DNA from: an uncultured Solirubrobacterales bacterium
GTDB lineage: Bacteria; Actinomycetota; Thermoleophilia; Solirubrobacterales; 70-9
Direction of reading: 5' to 3'
DNA length: 64,000 nt
Assembly (NCBI GenBank): GCA_963762325.1
Contig: CAVXKQ010000002.1
Location: forward strand, 39,979-103,978
Shown here: positions 1 to 8,603 of the stretch, in pieces
Layout of the letters: every line of letters starts with the position of its first letter
Position numbering within the stretch: the first letter of the stretch is position 1
The notes under the pieces: model-generated
What the model was told of the DNA's origin: nothing
Seen by the model: the letters and a program-made list of their open reading frames with translations, nothing else
The model's database searches: none
Made by a program: the position numbers and the translations under genes

Positions 1-1782
1 GATTTTACCTCTGCTCTCGCGGTTGCAGGTGCAGTTAAAGCCGACAATCCAGATTTGGCGCTCAAGGCCCTCCATAAAGCCCAGTCTCTTGCTGAACAGG
101 TCGGCGACGCTGACGATCGAGAGTTGCAAATTTTTATTGTTGGCCTGAACTGGAGTTCCCTAGGATTTGATGCCTATCGGGACAGTAACCACGAGCTCGC
201 CCGCACTGCATATCAAGGAGCTTTGACACTCGCGGACGGTCTGAGCGCAGAAGGGGAAGCGCTGCACGACTTAGGGGATGTCGAGCTGGCTGCCCAGCGC
301 CCACGCGAGGCGATAAGCCTCTACCGGCAAGCTCATGACAAAAGGCAAGAGGCAGGTGAGACGGAAGAAGCGGCATACACCCTGCTGATGCTCGGAAGAG
401 CATACGAAGCCGACCAGAATTTTGAGGGTGCCGAGGCTGCTTTTGCGGAGCGGCTTGACCTCCTGCGCTTAGAGCAAGGGTCGGACCCGCTTGCGGAGGG
501 AGTCACCCTGCATTACCTGGCGAATGTCCGCCTCTCCCTTGAACGGCCGGACGAGGCCATCAAACTCTATGAGGAAGCGTTACAGCTGAAGCGCGCATCT
601 GGCAACACGCAAGAGATTGCTGCCACGATGGTCGCAATTGCCCGTATGCAGAGACAGGTCGGAACAGAGGAGGCGGCACTTAAAATTTACGAGGAATGTC
701 TCGAAACCCTCCGCTCAATGTCCGAGCGCGATTGGAACGCAGAGGCTGTAACGCTTGAAGAGATTGCTGAGATTCATCGGGATCGAGGTGAACCGAGGGA
801 CGCCAGTGATCGTTACAGAGAGGTTGCGGATTCTAGGCGACTGAGTGGAGACGGAAGAGGCTCCGCCTTTGCGCTGCTTACCTTGTCTGGGGTTTTGAAG
901 GAACTGAAGGAACCAGCTGCGGCAGAGGCCGCGAGTCTTGAGCGACTTTCAATCCTCCAATCGCTTGACGAGGACCTTGGCTGGCAGGAAGGGATTACGC
1001 TGCATTCCCTTGGTGATCTTCGGCGAATGCAGGGTGACATGTCTGCTGCAATTGACTACTACCATCAGGCGGTGGACCTTCTCAGAACCGCTGATATGAG
1101 CAGTGGGCTTGAGGTCACGCTTCATAACCTCGGCTCTGCCCTTAGTCGTGAGGGGAGACACGCTGAGGCAATTGAGGCATATGAAGAATCGGCGGCTTTG
1201 TTTCGCGAGTTGGGCCAAACGGAGGATGAAGCCCTCGTCTTACAGGGCCTCGGCCGCGTTCTCGTCAATGCTGAAAGATTCACGGAGGCGGAGGAGGCGT
1301 TTAGGGAGCGTTTGAGAATTTTGCAGGACTTACCTGTCGGCGACCTGAATCAAGAGGGAATTACGCGCCATGATCTTGCTGGCGCTCTGGTGTCGCAGGA
1401 AAAGAGTGAGGAGGCCGCTGAGCTGCTGCGAGACGCTGTCTCCCTCAAGAAAGAAGCTGGGAATGTGATCGGTGCCGCGCGAAGTCTTGTTGCTCTGGCA
1501 GCGACGGATGCTGCAGTGGATCAAAAACGGGCATTTGAAACTGCTGAAGAAGCCGTCGATATCTTCCGACAGGTTGATACGGCCAATCCATCGGAGCTTG
1601 CTGCAGGAATCGCGCTTATGGCCATTCTTGACAGTGATCCGGTAAGAGCTCGTTCCCTACTTGAGGAGTCGGAGGAGATAGTTGGCTCTCTCCCCCCAGA
1701 TGAGCCTTTTGTAAGGCGGGCATCGGAGGCTTTGGCTCAAGCTCGTGAGAAGCTACAGCTAGAGAGTCGTGAGATCGTCTGA
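1..1782 (+). CDS. TPR-repeat protein, 5'-truncated by the window edge
   Basis: Frame 1 is open from nt 1, with no stop before the TTG at 55. It shows ~40-aa periodic helical repeats (e.g. EALHDLGDVELAAQRPREAISLYRQA, GITLHSLGDLRRMQGDMSAAIDYYHQA) typical of TPR_10/12 arrays. G+C is ~52% by spot count against ~70% elsewhere. Confidence 0.7.
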   Translation, partial: DFTSALAVAGAVKADNPDLALKALHKAQSLAEQVGDADDRELQIFIVGLNWSSLGFDAYRDSNHELARTAYQGALTLADGLSAEGEALHDLGDVELAAQRPREAISLYRQAHDKRQEAGETEEAAYTLLMLGRAYEADQNFEGAEAAFAERLDLLRLEQGSDPLAEGVTLHYLANVRLSLERPDEAIKLYEEALQLKRASGNTQEIAATMVAIARMQRQVGTEEAALKIYEECLETLRSMSERDWNAEAVTLEEIAEIHRDRGEPRDASDRYREVADSRRLSGDGRGSAFALLTLSGVLKELKEPAAAEAASLERLSILQSLDEDLGWQEGITLHSLGDLRRMQGDMSAAIDYYHQAVDLLRTADMSSGLEVTLHNLGSALSREGRHAEAIEAYEESAALFRELGQTEDEALVLQGLGRVLVNAERFTEAEEAFRERLRILQDLPVGDLNQEGITRHDLAGALVSQEKSEEAAELLRDAVSLKKEAGNVIGAARSLVALAATDAAVDQKRAFETAEEAVDIFRQVDTANPSELAAGIALMAILDSDPVRARSLLEESEEIVGSLPPDEPFVRRASEALAQAREKLQLESREIV

Positions 1783-1812
1783 ATTTCTCGGTTGTTACAC
1801 AAACCGGGAACG

Positions 1813-2235
1813 TCAGGGGGTCGTTCGGGGTCGGGCAGGGACCGTTAGCCGATCTTCTCGGCCAGCTCCCGCGGGGCCGCGGACGTAGCAGAGCCAGTAG
1901 CTGTCCTCGTAGCGCACCAACTCGCCGACGAGCTCGGTGTCTCGGGCTTGTAGGTCGTCAACGACGGCGTGGATGTCGTCGACGAGGAAGGCGAGATGGC
2001 GGAGGCCTGGAGTGTTCGCGGGCGCGTGCGGGTCGCCGGTCTGGGTCGGCGGCGAGCGGAACTTCACCAGCTCGATTTCTCCTTTGACCTGGTCGAGCGC
2101 GATGATGCGCTCCACCCAGCTGCCCTCGACCTGGCCTTTGCCTCGCGGCTCAAGTCCAAGCTCGACAAAGAACTCGATTGCGGCCGCAAGGTTGTTGACC
2201 ACAATCCCGACGTGTTCCATCTTTTTGATAGCCAT
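1813..2235 (-). CDS. VOC (glyoxalase/bleomycin-resistance/dioxygenase) family protein; 3' end probably frame-disrupted
   Basis: MEHVGIVVNNLAAAIEFFVELGLE and GLRHLAFLVDDIHAVVDDL fit the VOC fold pattern. An alternative frame near 1866-1875 gives a family-like C-terminus ELAEKIG* ending at 1845. Confidence 0.75.
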   Translation of the reverse strand: MAIKKMEHVGIVVNNLAAAIEFFVELGLEPRGKGQVEGSWVERIIALDQVKGEIELVKFRSPPTQTGDPHAPANTPGLRHLAFLVDDIHAVVDDLQARDTELVGELVRYEDSYWLCYVRGPAGAGREDRLTVPARPRTTP

Positions 2236-2268
2236 GGCTCTGGTAGGGAAGCCAGCCGTCTGACGACG

Positions 2269-2334
2269 GTCGCATTTCAGTCACATCGCCGCCGCAATCC
2301 CGCTCCCCAGGCCACCAACCCGCGTCCTTTCAAT
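2269..2334 (-). repeat. 66-nt conserved upstream leader, copy A (upstream of the VOC gene)
   Basis: 51/66 ungapped identity to 3314..3379. It lies 33 nt upstream of the VOC ATG (2235). The shared ends on the gene strand are ATTGAAAGGACG...ATGCGAC. Confidence 0.6.
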
Positions 2335-2375
2335 TTGATGGAGGTTGGCTTGCTAGAGCGGGATGATCGGGTTGC

Positions 2376-2804
2376 TCAGAGCTGCAGCGGGATCAGCGAA
2401 AAGCTGTGCTTGTCGGCCGCCTCCCGCAACTCCTTGTCCCAGCAAGCGAACTGGAGCTCTTCGCCGGTGGCGAAGGACAGAGCACTGGCGAGGTGGACGG
2501 CGTCGTATGCGCGTAACGAATGAACGCGGGCGCTCTCGGCGGCCTGGGTGAGCAGAGTGTCACCAACGGAGTGAACGTAGATCCCGCGCCAGAGGTTCTC
2601 AAGATCCTCGAGCCCTCGACGTAGCTGAGTGGGGGTCAGGCGCCCACCTTTTCGCATTCGAGTAAGGGCGGCAGTGGCCTCGACGTGGGCGATGGCCGTG
2701 GTTCGGACACCTTCGGCGTCGCGATAGGCAGCTTGTGCCTCCTCGGTTCCCGGCTCGTCGACCAGCAGCTTGACCAGGGCGCTGGTATCGAGGTAGAGGC
2801 TCAG
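2376..2804 (-). CDS. vapC: PIN-domain toxin VapC
   Basis: The frame is open from 2804. It reads LSLYLDTSALVKLLVDE..., ...YDAVHLASAL..., ...ACWDKEL..., i.e. the PIN acidic residues. The ORF track shows only the ATG-initiated 3' part (2376..2657). The only start-like codon is CTG at 2804..2802, which overlaps the antitoxin stop (CTGA). Confidence 0.75.
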   Translation of the reverse strand: MSLYLDTSALVKLLVDEPGTEEAQAAYRDAEGVRTTAIAHVEATAALTRMRKGGRLTPTQLRRGLEDLENLWRGIYVHSVGDTLLTQAAESARVHSLRAYDAVHLASALSFATGEELQFACWDKELREAADKHSFSLIPLQL

Positions 2805-3079
2805 CGCCGACCCTCGGATACGTAGTCCGCGGCGCTTTTGCCGGTGCCCTTGGCCCTAGCGGGCTTCGGCAGGTGGCGGGGGCCTTCGCTTGGGCGTACG
2901 GTGCCGTCGGCTACTAACGCGGCGAGATGGGGCGGGGTGGCGGTGGAGACGATCCTTGCCACAGGACGGCCATGCTTCGTCACCGTGATCGCCTCGCCCT
3001 CCTCGACTCGGTCGATGATCGAGCTGGCTTTGTCCTTGAGTTCGCGGATCCCTACGGTGGCCTTCTCCATAGTGGCCAC
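2801..3079 (-). CDS. Phd/YefM-type antitoxin
   Basis: MEKATVGIRELKDKASSIIDRVEEGEAITVTKHGRPVARIV is a Phd/YefM antitoxin N-domain. The gene sits immediately upstream of the PIN gene and overlaps it. Confidence 0.75.
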   Translation of the reverse strand: MATMEKATVGIRELKDKASSIIDRVEEGEAITVTKHGRPVARIVSTATPPHLAALVADGTVRPSEGPRHLPKPARAKGTGKSAADYVSEGRR

Positions 3080-3118
3080 ATTCTAGCTAAGAATGGCCAC
3101 AAGGGTAAAGCGACCGAG

Positions 3119-3304
3119 TTATTCGGCGTCCGACTGGCTCAGGCGCTTGCGTCCGTAGAGAGCGAGACCGGCGAGGATTACCACTCCCCAGAGGATCGTC
3201 GCCCAAAGTCCAAAGCGTCCGTAGAGGAATCCCGCGACGATGACTGCGGCTGGGACGGAGGCATAGATGGCGAATCCGAGAATTGCGCGCCGAGCGAGTC
3301 CCAT
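3119..3304 (-). CDS. small two-helix membrane protein (hypothetical)
   Basis: 61 aa from ATG 3304, with hydrophobic stretches AILGFAIYASVPAAVIVAGFLY and LWATILWGVVILAGLALY. The longer 93-aa track ORF has a non-protein-like N-terminus. Confidence 0.45.
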   Translation of the reverse strand: MGLARRAILGFAIYASVPAAVIVAGFLYGRFGLWATILWGVVILAGLALYGRKRLSQSDAE

Positions 3305-3313
3305 GAAAACACT

Positions 3314-3379
3314 GTCGCATCTCGGTCGCATCGCTGTCGCGATGCAGCTCCTAATGCGAACGACCCCCGTCCTTTCAAT
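3314..3379 (-). repeat. 66-nt conserved upstream leader, copy B (upstream of the small membrane protein)
   Basis: 51/66 identity to 2269..2334. It ends 9 nt upstream of ATG 3304. On the gene strand it contains the hairpin GCATCGC-GACA-GCGATGC. Confidence 0.6.
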
Positions 3380-3408
3380 ACGTAGGACACTGGGATCCAC
3401 TCCGCTCC

Positions 3409-4245
3409 CTATGACCTAACTAGGATCCCAGATGGGGTAGACCCAGTTTGGAGAGTGGCCGCCAGGCTCCGCTTGGTCGCGGCGTTGAAGAGGAGGCGCC
3501 GTTGCAAACGAGCAATGGCTTGGCGAGGCATCCCGTACATTTCGGTCATCGCGGATCCCGGAGCCGGAAGCGCGTCGGCTGGCACGCCAAGTTGATGCAG
3601 TTCATGTTCGAGCCTTTCTGGAAGCGACGGGAACACGGGAACCTTTTGACGATGTTTGGCAGCCCGCCAGTATTTGTGGAGTTTTGGTTCGGCGACTGCT
3701 AACCGAGCTTCACTTTGCTCCTCACTGATCCAACCTTTGGTCACCACCTCTTCAAGCGCGGCGGAGCATAAGAACAGTGCGAGAGCACCCTCGTCAGCAA
3801 AGAATTCCGCTTCGCGTTCCCTGTCTTCGGCGAGTTGTGTCTCACCTCGCTCGATGGCGCCCAGTTGCTTCTCCGTCGCGTCGATTAAGGCATTCTCGAA
3901 GCCGACGATTCGGATTGATGCGTCGATGTAGCGGAGAAGGAGAGCGCGGGAATCTTTGGAAGTGACTTTTAAAAGCCTGCTGTCCCATGATTCATACGCC
4001 ACCTCTACGGATTGGTCAAAGTCATAGCGGGGAGGGTCTTCAATGAGGCGCTCCTGCACGGTCTTCTCCCGGCTTGCCCGCCATCGCAGGATGGCTGGGA
4101 CCAAGGCCACGAGCGCGAACTCCTTCTTGACCGAACCAGCGCCGAACGCTGCCATGGCTAAGGCTAAGTCGGCCGCATCGCAGACAGCCTGTAGGCGGTC
4201 CCTCTCATCCCGAGCTGCGTCAAGCACGTCGACCTCAGTTGCCAT
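3409..4245 (-). CDS. hypothetical protein (no family recognised)
   Basis: 278-aa ORF with protein-like, helical/acidic composition and lower G+C than the window average. Confidence 0.55.
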   Translation of the reverse strand: MATEVDVLDAARDERDRLQAVCDAADLALAMAAFGAGSVKKEFALVALVPAILRWRASREKTVQERLIEDPPRYDFDQSVEVAYESWDSRLLKVTSKDSRALLLRYIDASIRIVGFENALIDATEKQLGAIERGETQLAEDREREAEFFADEGALALFLCSAALEEVVTKGWISEEQSEARLAVAEPKLHKYWRAAKHRQKVPVFPSLPERLEHELHQLGVPADALPAPGSAMTEMYGMPRQAIARLQRRLLFNAATKRSLAATLQTGSTPSGILVRS

Positions 4246-4411
4246 AGGGCCGATCCTATGCAGAGACCCATCGGACTCGCCGGGCTGTGTGGCGCAACCC
4301 CCACCTAGCCGACGGTCGAAGGTTCGAGCGAGGATCGCGTTCCACGTCTTTCATTTCGCTCACTGTGGTCAAGGTCCAAGCGGGCCTGGTTCCTCGCTGT
4401 AAGGTGATTGT

Positions 4412-5641
4412 GTGAGCGAGCGAGGGGTGCAGCGGCGTGGCGATGGCTCACGTTCGGCCGCCGCGGGGCGTGCTCGTCGAGCGTCGGGGGGTGCACTTTC
4501 CGCCGAGGAAGCGCGGTCGGTACTTGCGGCTCGCCTTCGCGAGAGGCTTCCCGAGCTAAAGGCGGCTATCGCGACTCGCGTCTACGCGATCTCCGATCCT
4601 CGCGACGTCGCCGACCCGTCCTATCTCCAGGGTCTTCAGGATGCCGTCGCCGCCGCCATCGACTATCGGCTCGCTGTGCTCGAGGTGGGTGAGCGCCGCG
4701 CCCCGGTCGTTCCATCGGTCCTGCTTGCGCACGCTCGTCTGGATGCGCGCGATGGGGTTCCCCTGGACACCGTTTTGCGTCGCTACTTCGCCGGCAGCGC
4801 TCTCTTCGGGGACTTCGTCGTCGAAGAGGCGGAGCGGGCCGGGGTGCCGAATGCGGCCCTCCGTCCCTTGCTCGCTGCGCAGGCGACGGTCTCTGACCGC
4901 ATGCTCGCCGCAGTCAGCATCGAGCATGCGCGCGAGGCGAAGAGCCGGCCCACCAGCGCCGCGGAGCGACGTCGCGAGTGCGTCAAGAGCCTGCTCGCCG
5001 GAGAACTCGTCGATCACTCCGAGCTTGGCTATGACCTCGATGCTCACCATCTCGCTCTGATGGCTAGGGGTGAGGGGGTGGAGGAGCTGATGCGTGGGCT
5101 CGCGAGCACGCTTGACCGCCGCCTGCTCGCTGTCCGTCGCGAGGAGGAGCCGGTCTGGGCCTGCTGGCTGGGTGGCCGAAGCCAGCTGGAGGCCGAGAAG
5201 GCGTTGCAAGCACTCTCCGAGGTCGCGCCGGACGGCGTGTTCGTAACCGTCGGCGAGCCCGGTGAGGGGCTCTCGGGCTGGCGGTTCAGCCACCGCCAGG
5301 CAAAGGCGGGGTTGCCGATCGCCGTGCGTAGGGGCCAGCCCGTGCTCCGCTACGCCGACGTCGCCGTGCTCGCATCGATTGCTCGCGACGACCTCGTCGC
5401 CGACTCGCTGCGCCAGCTCTACCTGGCGCCGCTCGAACGCGCGCGGGACGGTGGCGGGGTCGCTCGGGAAACGCTGCGCGCGTACTTCGGCGCCGAACGA
5501 AATACCTCCTCGACCGCCGCTGCGCTGGGTGTCGACCGCCGTACGGTCCGAAATCGCATTCGCGCCATCGAAGGGCTTCTCGGTCGTCCTCTCACGGGCT
5601 CGGTGGCGGATCTGGAGATCGCGCTGCGGCTAGACGATTAG
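4412..5641 (+). CDS. PucR-family transcriptional regulator
   Basis: The C-terminal ETLRAYFGAERNTSSTAAALGVDRRTVRNRIRAIEGLLGRPL is a PucR-type helix-turn-helix. GTG start. Confidence 0.7.
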   Translation: MSERGVQRRGDGSRSAAAGRARRASGGALSAEEARSVLAARLRERLPELKAAIATRVYAISDPRDVADPSYLQGLQDAVAAAIDYRLAVLEVGERRAPVVPSVLLAHARLDARDGVPLDTVLRRYFAGSALFGDFVVEEAERAGVPNAALRPLLAAQATVSDRMLAAVSIEHAREAKSRPTSAAERRRECVKSLLAGELVDHSELGYDLDAHHLALMARGEGVEELMRGLASTLDRRLLAVRREEEPVWACWLGGRSQLEAEKALQALSEVAPDGVFVTVGEPGEGLSGWRFSHRQAKAGLPIAVRRGQPVLRYADVAVLASIARDDLVADSLRQLYLAPLERARDGGGVARETLRAYFGAERNTSSTAAALGVDRRTVRNRIRAIEGLLGRPLTGSVADLEIALRLDD

Positions 5642-5734
5642 CCCTTGGCTCGCTTCCCACTTTGGTGAATTCCCGGCGAGTAAGGCTCCAAATCGGGGAA
5701 GCGGCGGTCGCTCCTGGTCGGACAGGGTAGGAGC

Positions 5735-6508
5735 ATGAACAGATATCTGATTTGCGTCAGCATGATTGCGGCTGGCGTCGCGCTGATTTCCGCCGCCGCG
5801 GCTTTTGGTGACCGCAAGGTGGAGTGCATTGGGAACCTCTGCCTTGTCGGCGACGGTGGCATCTCGCCCTCCAAGCTTCCGAAGCATCAAAGTGCCCCGG
5901 TCACGGCGAGCCTCATCGGTGAAGTCAGCACTCGCGATGGCAGCCATCCGCCCGCGCTTCAATCTGTTGCCTTCGATGTGGACAGGACGATCGACATCGA
6001 CGCGCTGGGCCTCCCAACCTGCAAGGCGGCGCAACTCCAAGCGCACGACACCGCAGCCGCCAGAAGCGCCTGTGCCAGCGCGATGGTGGGATCGGGTAGG
6101 GCCGAAGTGGAGGTGGCTTTCCCCGAACAGGCGCCGTTCTCGGCAGCTGGACCGGTGCTCCTCTTCAATGGCGGCGTTCACGGGGGGTCCACGTCGGTTC
6201 TCCTCCATGCCTACGTCAACGTGCCGGCCCCGACCGCCATCGTCACCAAGGCCACGGTCACGCGCATCCACCGCGACCGGTTTGGCCTGCGGGTAAGTGC
6301 GCAGATCCCGAAGATCGCCGGCGGCGCCGGCTCGGTCACGAAGTTCGACCTGAAGGTCGGCCGTACGTTCACCTACCAGGGCCACGAGAAGAGCTTTCTG
6401 GTGGCGAGCTGCCCGACCGGCAGCTGGATGACCAGCGGCAAAGTCCGGTTCAACGACGGGACCAGGCTCGGGATAACTCACGTCTTTCCCTGCACCCCCA
6501 GGGGCTGA
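5735..6508 (+). CDS. secreted hypothetical protein
   Basis: Signal-like N-terminus MNRYLICVSMIAAGVALISAAAA and several Cys residues. No family recognised. Confidence 0.6.
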   Translation: MNRYLICVSMIAAGVALISAAAAFGDRKVECIGNLCLVGDGGISPSKLPKHQSAPVTASLIGEVSTRDGSHPPALQSVAFDVDRTIDIDALGLPTCKAAQLQAHDTAAARSACASAMVGSGRAEVEVAFPEQAPFSAAGPVLLFNGGVHGGSTSVLLHAYVNVPAPTAIVTKATVTRIHRDRFGLRVSAQIPKIAGGAGSVTKFDLKVGRTFTYQGHEKSFLVASCPTGSWMTSGKVRFNDGTRLGITHVFPCTPRG

Positions 6509-6515
6509 GGCCGGC

Positions 6516-6911
6516 TTACCGCAGGCGGGCGGTGAAGGGAACGGCCCTGTAGGGGCAGCCGGCTAGGGGGTGTTCGACGAAGATCGCCGTTCCCTTGACC
6601 ACGCCCGGTTCCACGAACTCCCCCTCGATCGAGGATTGTGGTTCGACCAGGGAGAAGTGGCCGTTTGCGTCGATGCGGGTGACGGCGCGGACGTTATGGC
6701 GCGTGAACCTGCCGCAGAAGCCCCATCTGAGGGTGTACCTGACATTCACCACGGCGCCTTCCTTGACGCCGAAGTAAACGGGCAGCTTCTGGGCGGTCTT
6801 GCCTTTGTAGGCGCCTTCGACCGGTTCGACGCTCGCGGCATTGGCGGCGGTCACGCCACCGGCCAGGACGAGGGCGATCAGAAGGGCGGGCAGGCGCATA
6901 GCGACGACCAT
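6516..6911 (-). CDS. small secreted hypothetical protein
   Basis: Signal peptide (MVVA)MRLPALLIALVLAGGVTAANA. The start is ATG 6911 or 6899. The upstream part of the 214-aa track ORF is Arg/Pro-rich shadow sequence. Confidence 0.5.
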   Translation of the reverse strand: MVVAMRLPALLIALVLAGGVTAANAASVEPVEGAYKGKTAQKLPVYFGVKEGAVVNVRYTLRWGFCGRFTRHNVRAVTRIDANGHFSLVEPQSSIEGEFVEPGVVKGTAIFVEHPLAGCPYRAVPFTARLR

Positions 6912-6931
6912 AGGCTGGGGGGGCGATCCCG

Positions 6932-7294
6932 TCAACGAGCGAACCGGGCAGCGCCGGGGCTTCGTGGCAGTCGTGCGCACCAGAGGGCGAAGAGGCCGAC
7001 GGCGAGGATGGCCCCTGCCCAGTGCAGGTCGACGAGGACGGCGACCAGGCTCGGCAGGCCGGCGACGACCGCGCCGATCAGGGCCGGGACCAGCGGCAAG
7101 GCCAGTACCCGCGCGGTGAACGCAGCGCAGAGGATCCAGGAACCGGGACCGGCGATCCACCCCCAGTCGACGAAGAAGTCGTGGGGGAGCGCCAGGGCGA
7201 GGAGGATCGAGAGGACCGCCACGGCGGCGAGCTGCAGGAGCGCCGCCCGCCAGAGGGTCGACGTGTCCAGCTTCTTCTCGGCTGCGGAGGCCAT
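6932..7294 (-). CDS. integral membrane protein (hypothetical)
   Basis: 120 aa with 3-4 hydrophobic helices (AALLQLAAVAVLSILLALAL; LPLVPALIGAVVAGLPSLVAVLV; AILAVGLFALW). Confidence 0.5.
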   Translation of the reverse strand: MASAAEKKLDTSTLWRAALLQLAAVAVLSILLALALPHDFFVDWGWIAGPGSWILCAAFTARVLALPLVPALIGAVVAGLPSLVAVLVDLHWAGAILAVGLFALWCARLPRSPGAARFAR

Positions 7295-7331
7295 GCGCGG
7301 TCGCCGACCATAGCCGCCCGCGGTCGCCGAG

Positions 7332-7745
7332 CTATTCGACGATGACCCGGCCGTACATGGAGGGGTGGATCAGGCAGCGGTACGGGAAGGTGCCCTTCCG
7401 CTTGAAGCTGACCGCGAACGACTTGCCGGGCTTGATCAAGCCGCTGTCGAAACCGCCGTCCCGGGTCGCCGTGTGCGTCACCCCGCTCGCGTTGGCGAAG
7501 ACGACGCGGGAGCCCTTGGCGACCCTCAGCGCCGGGGGGTGGAAGGCGAAGTTCTTGATGGTCACCTTTGCTGCGGCGCTCGCGTGCGCCGTCGCGTCCG
7601 CGGAGGCGGTCTGCCCTCGCAGCCCGATCAGCGCCAGGCCGAAGGCAAGGAGAGCGAGCATTGCCGCGATTGCCTGCCACCTGCGCCGGGGCCGCGAACT
7701 CGTCGTCATGGACCTGAGTACGCAGAGACGCTTGCCAGGGTTCAA
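7332..7745 (-). CDS. cupredoxin (type-1 copper, plastocyanin/amicyanin-like) protein
   Basis: The C-terminus GTFPYRCLIHPSMYGRVIVE has Cys-x2-His-x2-Met ligand spacing, with an upstream His in GVTHTAT. The N-terminus has RRRW plus a hydrophobic stretch. Alternative start at ATG 7709. Confidence 0.7.
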   Translation of the reverse strand: MNPGKRLCVLRSMTTSSRPRRRWQAIAAMLALLAFGLALIGLRGQTASADATAHASAAAKVTIKNFAFHPPALRVAKGSRVVFANASGVTHTATRDGGFDSGLIKPGKSFAVSFKRKGTFPYRCLIHPSMYGRVIVE

Positions 7746-7768
7746 AGCTCGTTCATAATCCGGGGCCC

Positions 7769-7841
7769 GGGCGGTTAGCTCAGTTGGGAGAGCACCTCCC
7801 TTACAAGGAGGGGGTCACTGGTTCGAGCCCAGTACCGCCCA
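7769..7841 (+). tRNA. tRNA-Val(TAC): tRNA-Val (anticodon TAC)
   Basis: Cloverleaf read by hand. Acceptor GGGCGGT/ACCGCCC, D arm GCTC..GAGC, anticodon stem CCTCC/GGAGG with loop CTTACAA, T arm ACTGG-TTCGAGC-CCAGT, discriminator A. No encoded CCA. Confidence 0.9.
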
Positions 7842-7850
7842 TCGGGTCGC

Positions 7851-8600
7851 CTACTGCAGCGCGAAGACGACGTGGACGGTCGCGGTGACCGTCGAGCTGC
7901 CGGGCTTGGTCGGCGGCGGCGCCGTGGTGCACCGGGGAGCGGCGCGCTTGATTGCGGTCGGGGCAGTCGGAGCGGCGCAGCCCGCGGCGGACGTCGACTT
8001 GGGAGCGGCGGCGTCGAACTGGGGAGTCAGTTCCGGGCCTTCGCCTTCGTCGATGGCGAGCGCCGGGCCGAGGGTGGCGCCGGCGCGGGCGGCTAGTGCG
8101 GTCGCCTGGGCTTTGGCCTTGTCGAACGCGGCTCCAAGCGCGTTGGCGAACGCCGCTTCGGTGTCGCCGATGAAGAAGTTGGGGCCGCTGACCCCGGTGG
8201 CCCCCGCGCCGATTGCCCCCGTGACGAGGTCGCCGGCTTTGTCGGGCTGGTGCAGGGTTACGCCGATGCCCTCGGCGGCGCGGTAGACGGGTTGCTTGCC
8301 GCGGAAGGACTTGCGGACCGAGATGCGGCCGGTGGTGACGTCGCCGGCGCCGACCCCGTCGATCTCCTGCACAGCGGCGATGACGGCGCGCAGCTTGCCG
8401 GATACCGCGCGCAGGGCCGCGCCCCGGCTGCGCCGTTCCTTGCTGACCGAGAAACCGAGGCTGGCTGTGTCGTTCGGCACCTTCAAGGTGGCTTCGGCGG
8501 TCACCGAGACGGTCCGTTCCGCCGCCGGCGCCGCGGCCGGCGTGAAGAGCGCCAGGCCGAGAGCGAGGAAGGCGAGGAGGATCGGGAGCCGGGGCCTCAT
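7851..8600 (-). CDS. SIMPL (DUF541) domain secreted protein
   Basis: Signal peptide MRPRLPILLAFLALGLALF. The motifs VSVTAEATLKVPNDTASLGFSV..., VTTGRISV..., GPNFFIGD fit the SIMPL / 26-kDa periplasmic immunogenic protein pattern. Confidence 0.7.
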   Translation of the reverse strand: MRPRLPILLAFLALGLALFTPAAAPAAERTVSVTAEATLKVPNDTASLGFSVSKERRSRGAALRAVSGKLRAVIAAVQEIDGVGAGDVTTGRISVRKSFRGKQPVYRAAEGIGVTLHQPDKAGDLVTGAIGAGATGVSGPNFFIGDTEAAFANALGAAFDKAKAQATALAARAGATLGPALAIDEGEGPELTPQFDAAAPKSTSAAGCAAPTAPTAIKRAAPRCTTAPPPTKPGSSTVTATVHVVFALQ

Positions 8601-8603
8601 GGG

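Noticed and set aside
5630-6481. A 283-aa minus-strand ORF opposite the secreted protein at 5735..6508.
   Set aside because: It is an antisense shadow. The plus-strand gene has a clean signal peptide and protein-like composition.
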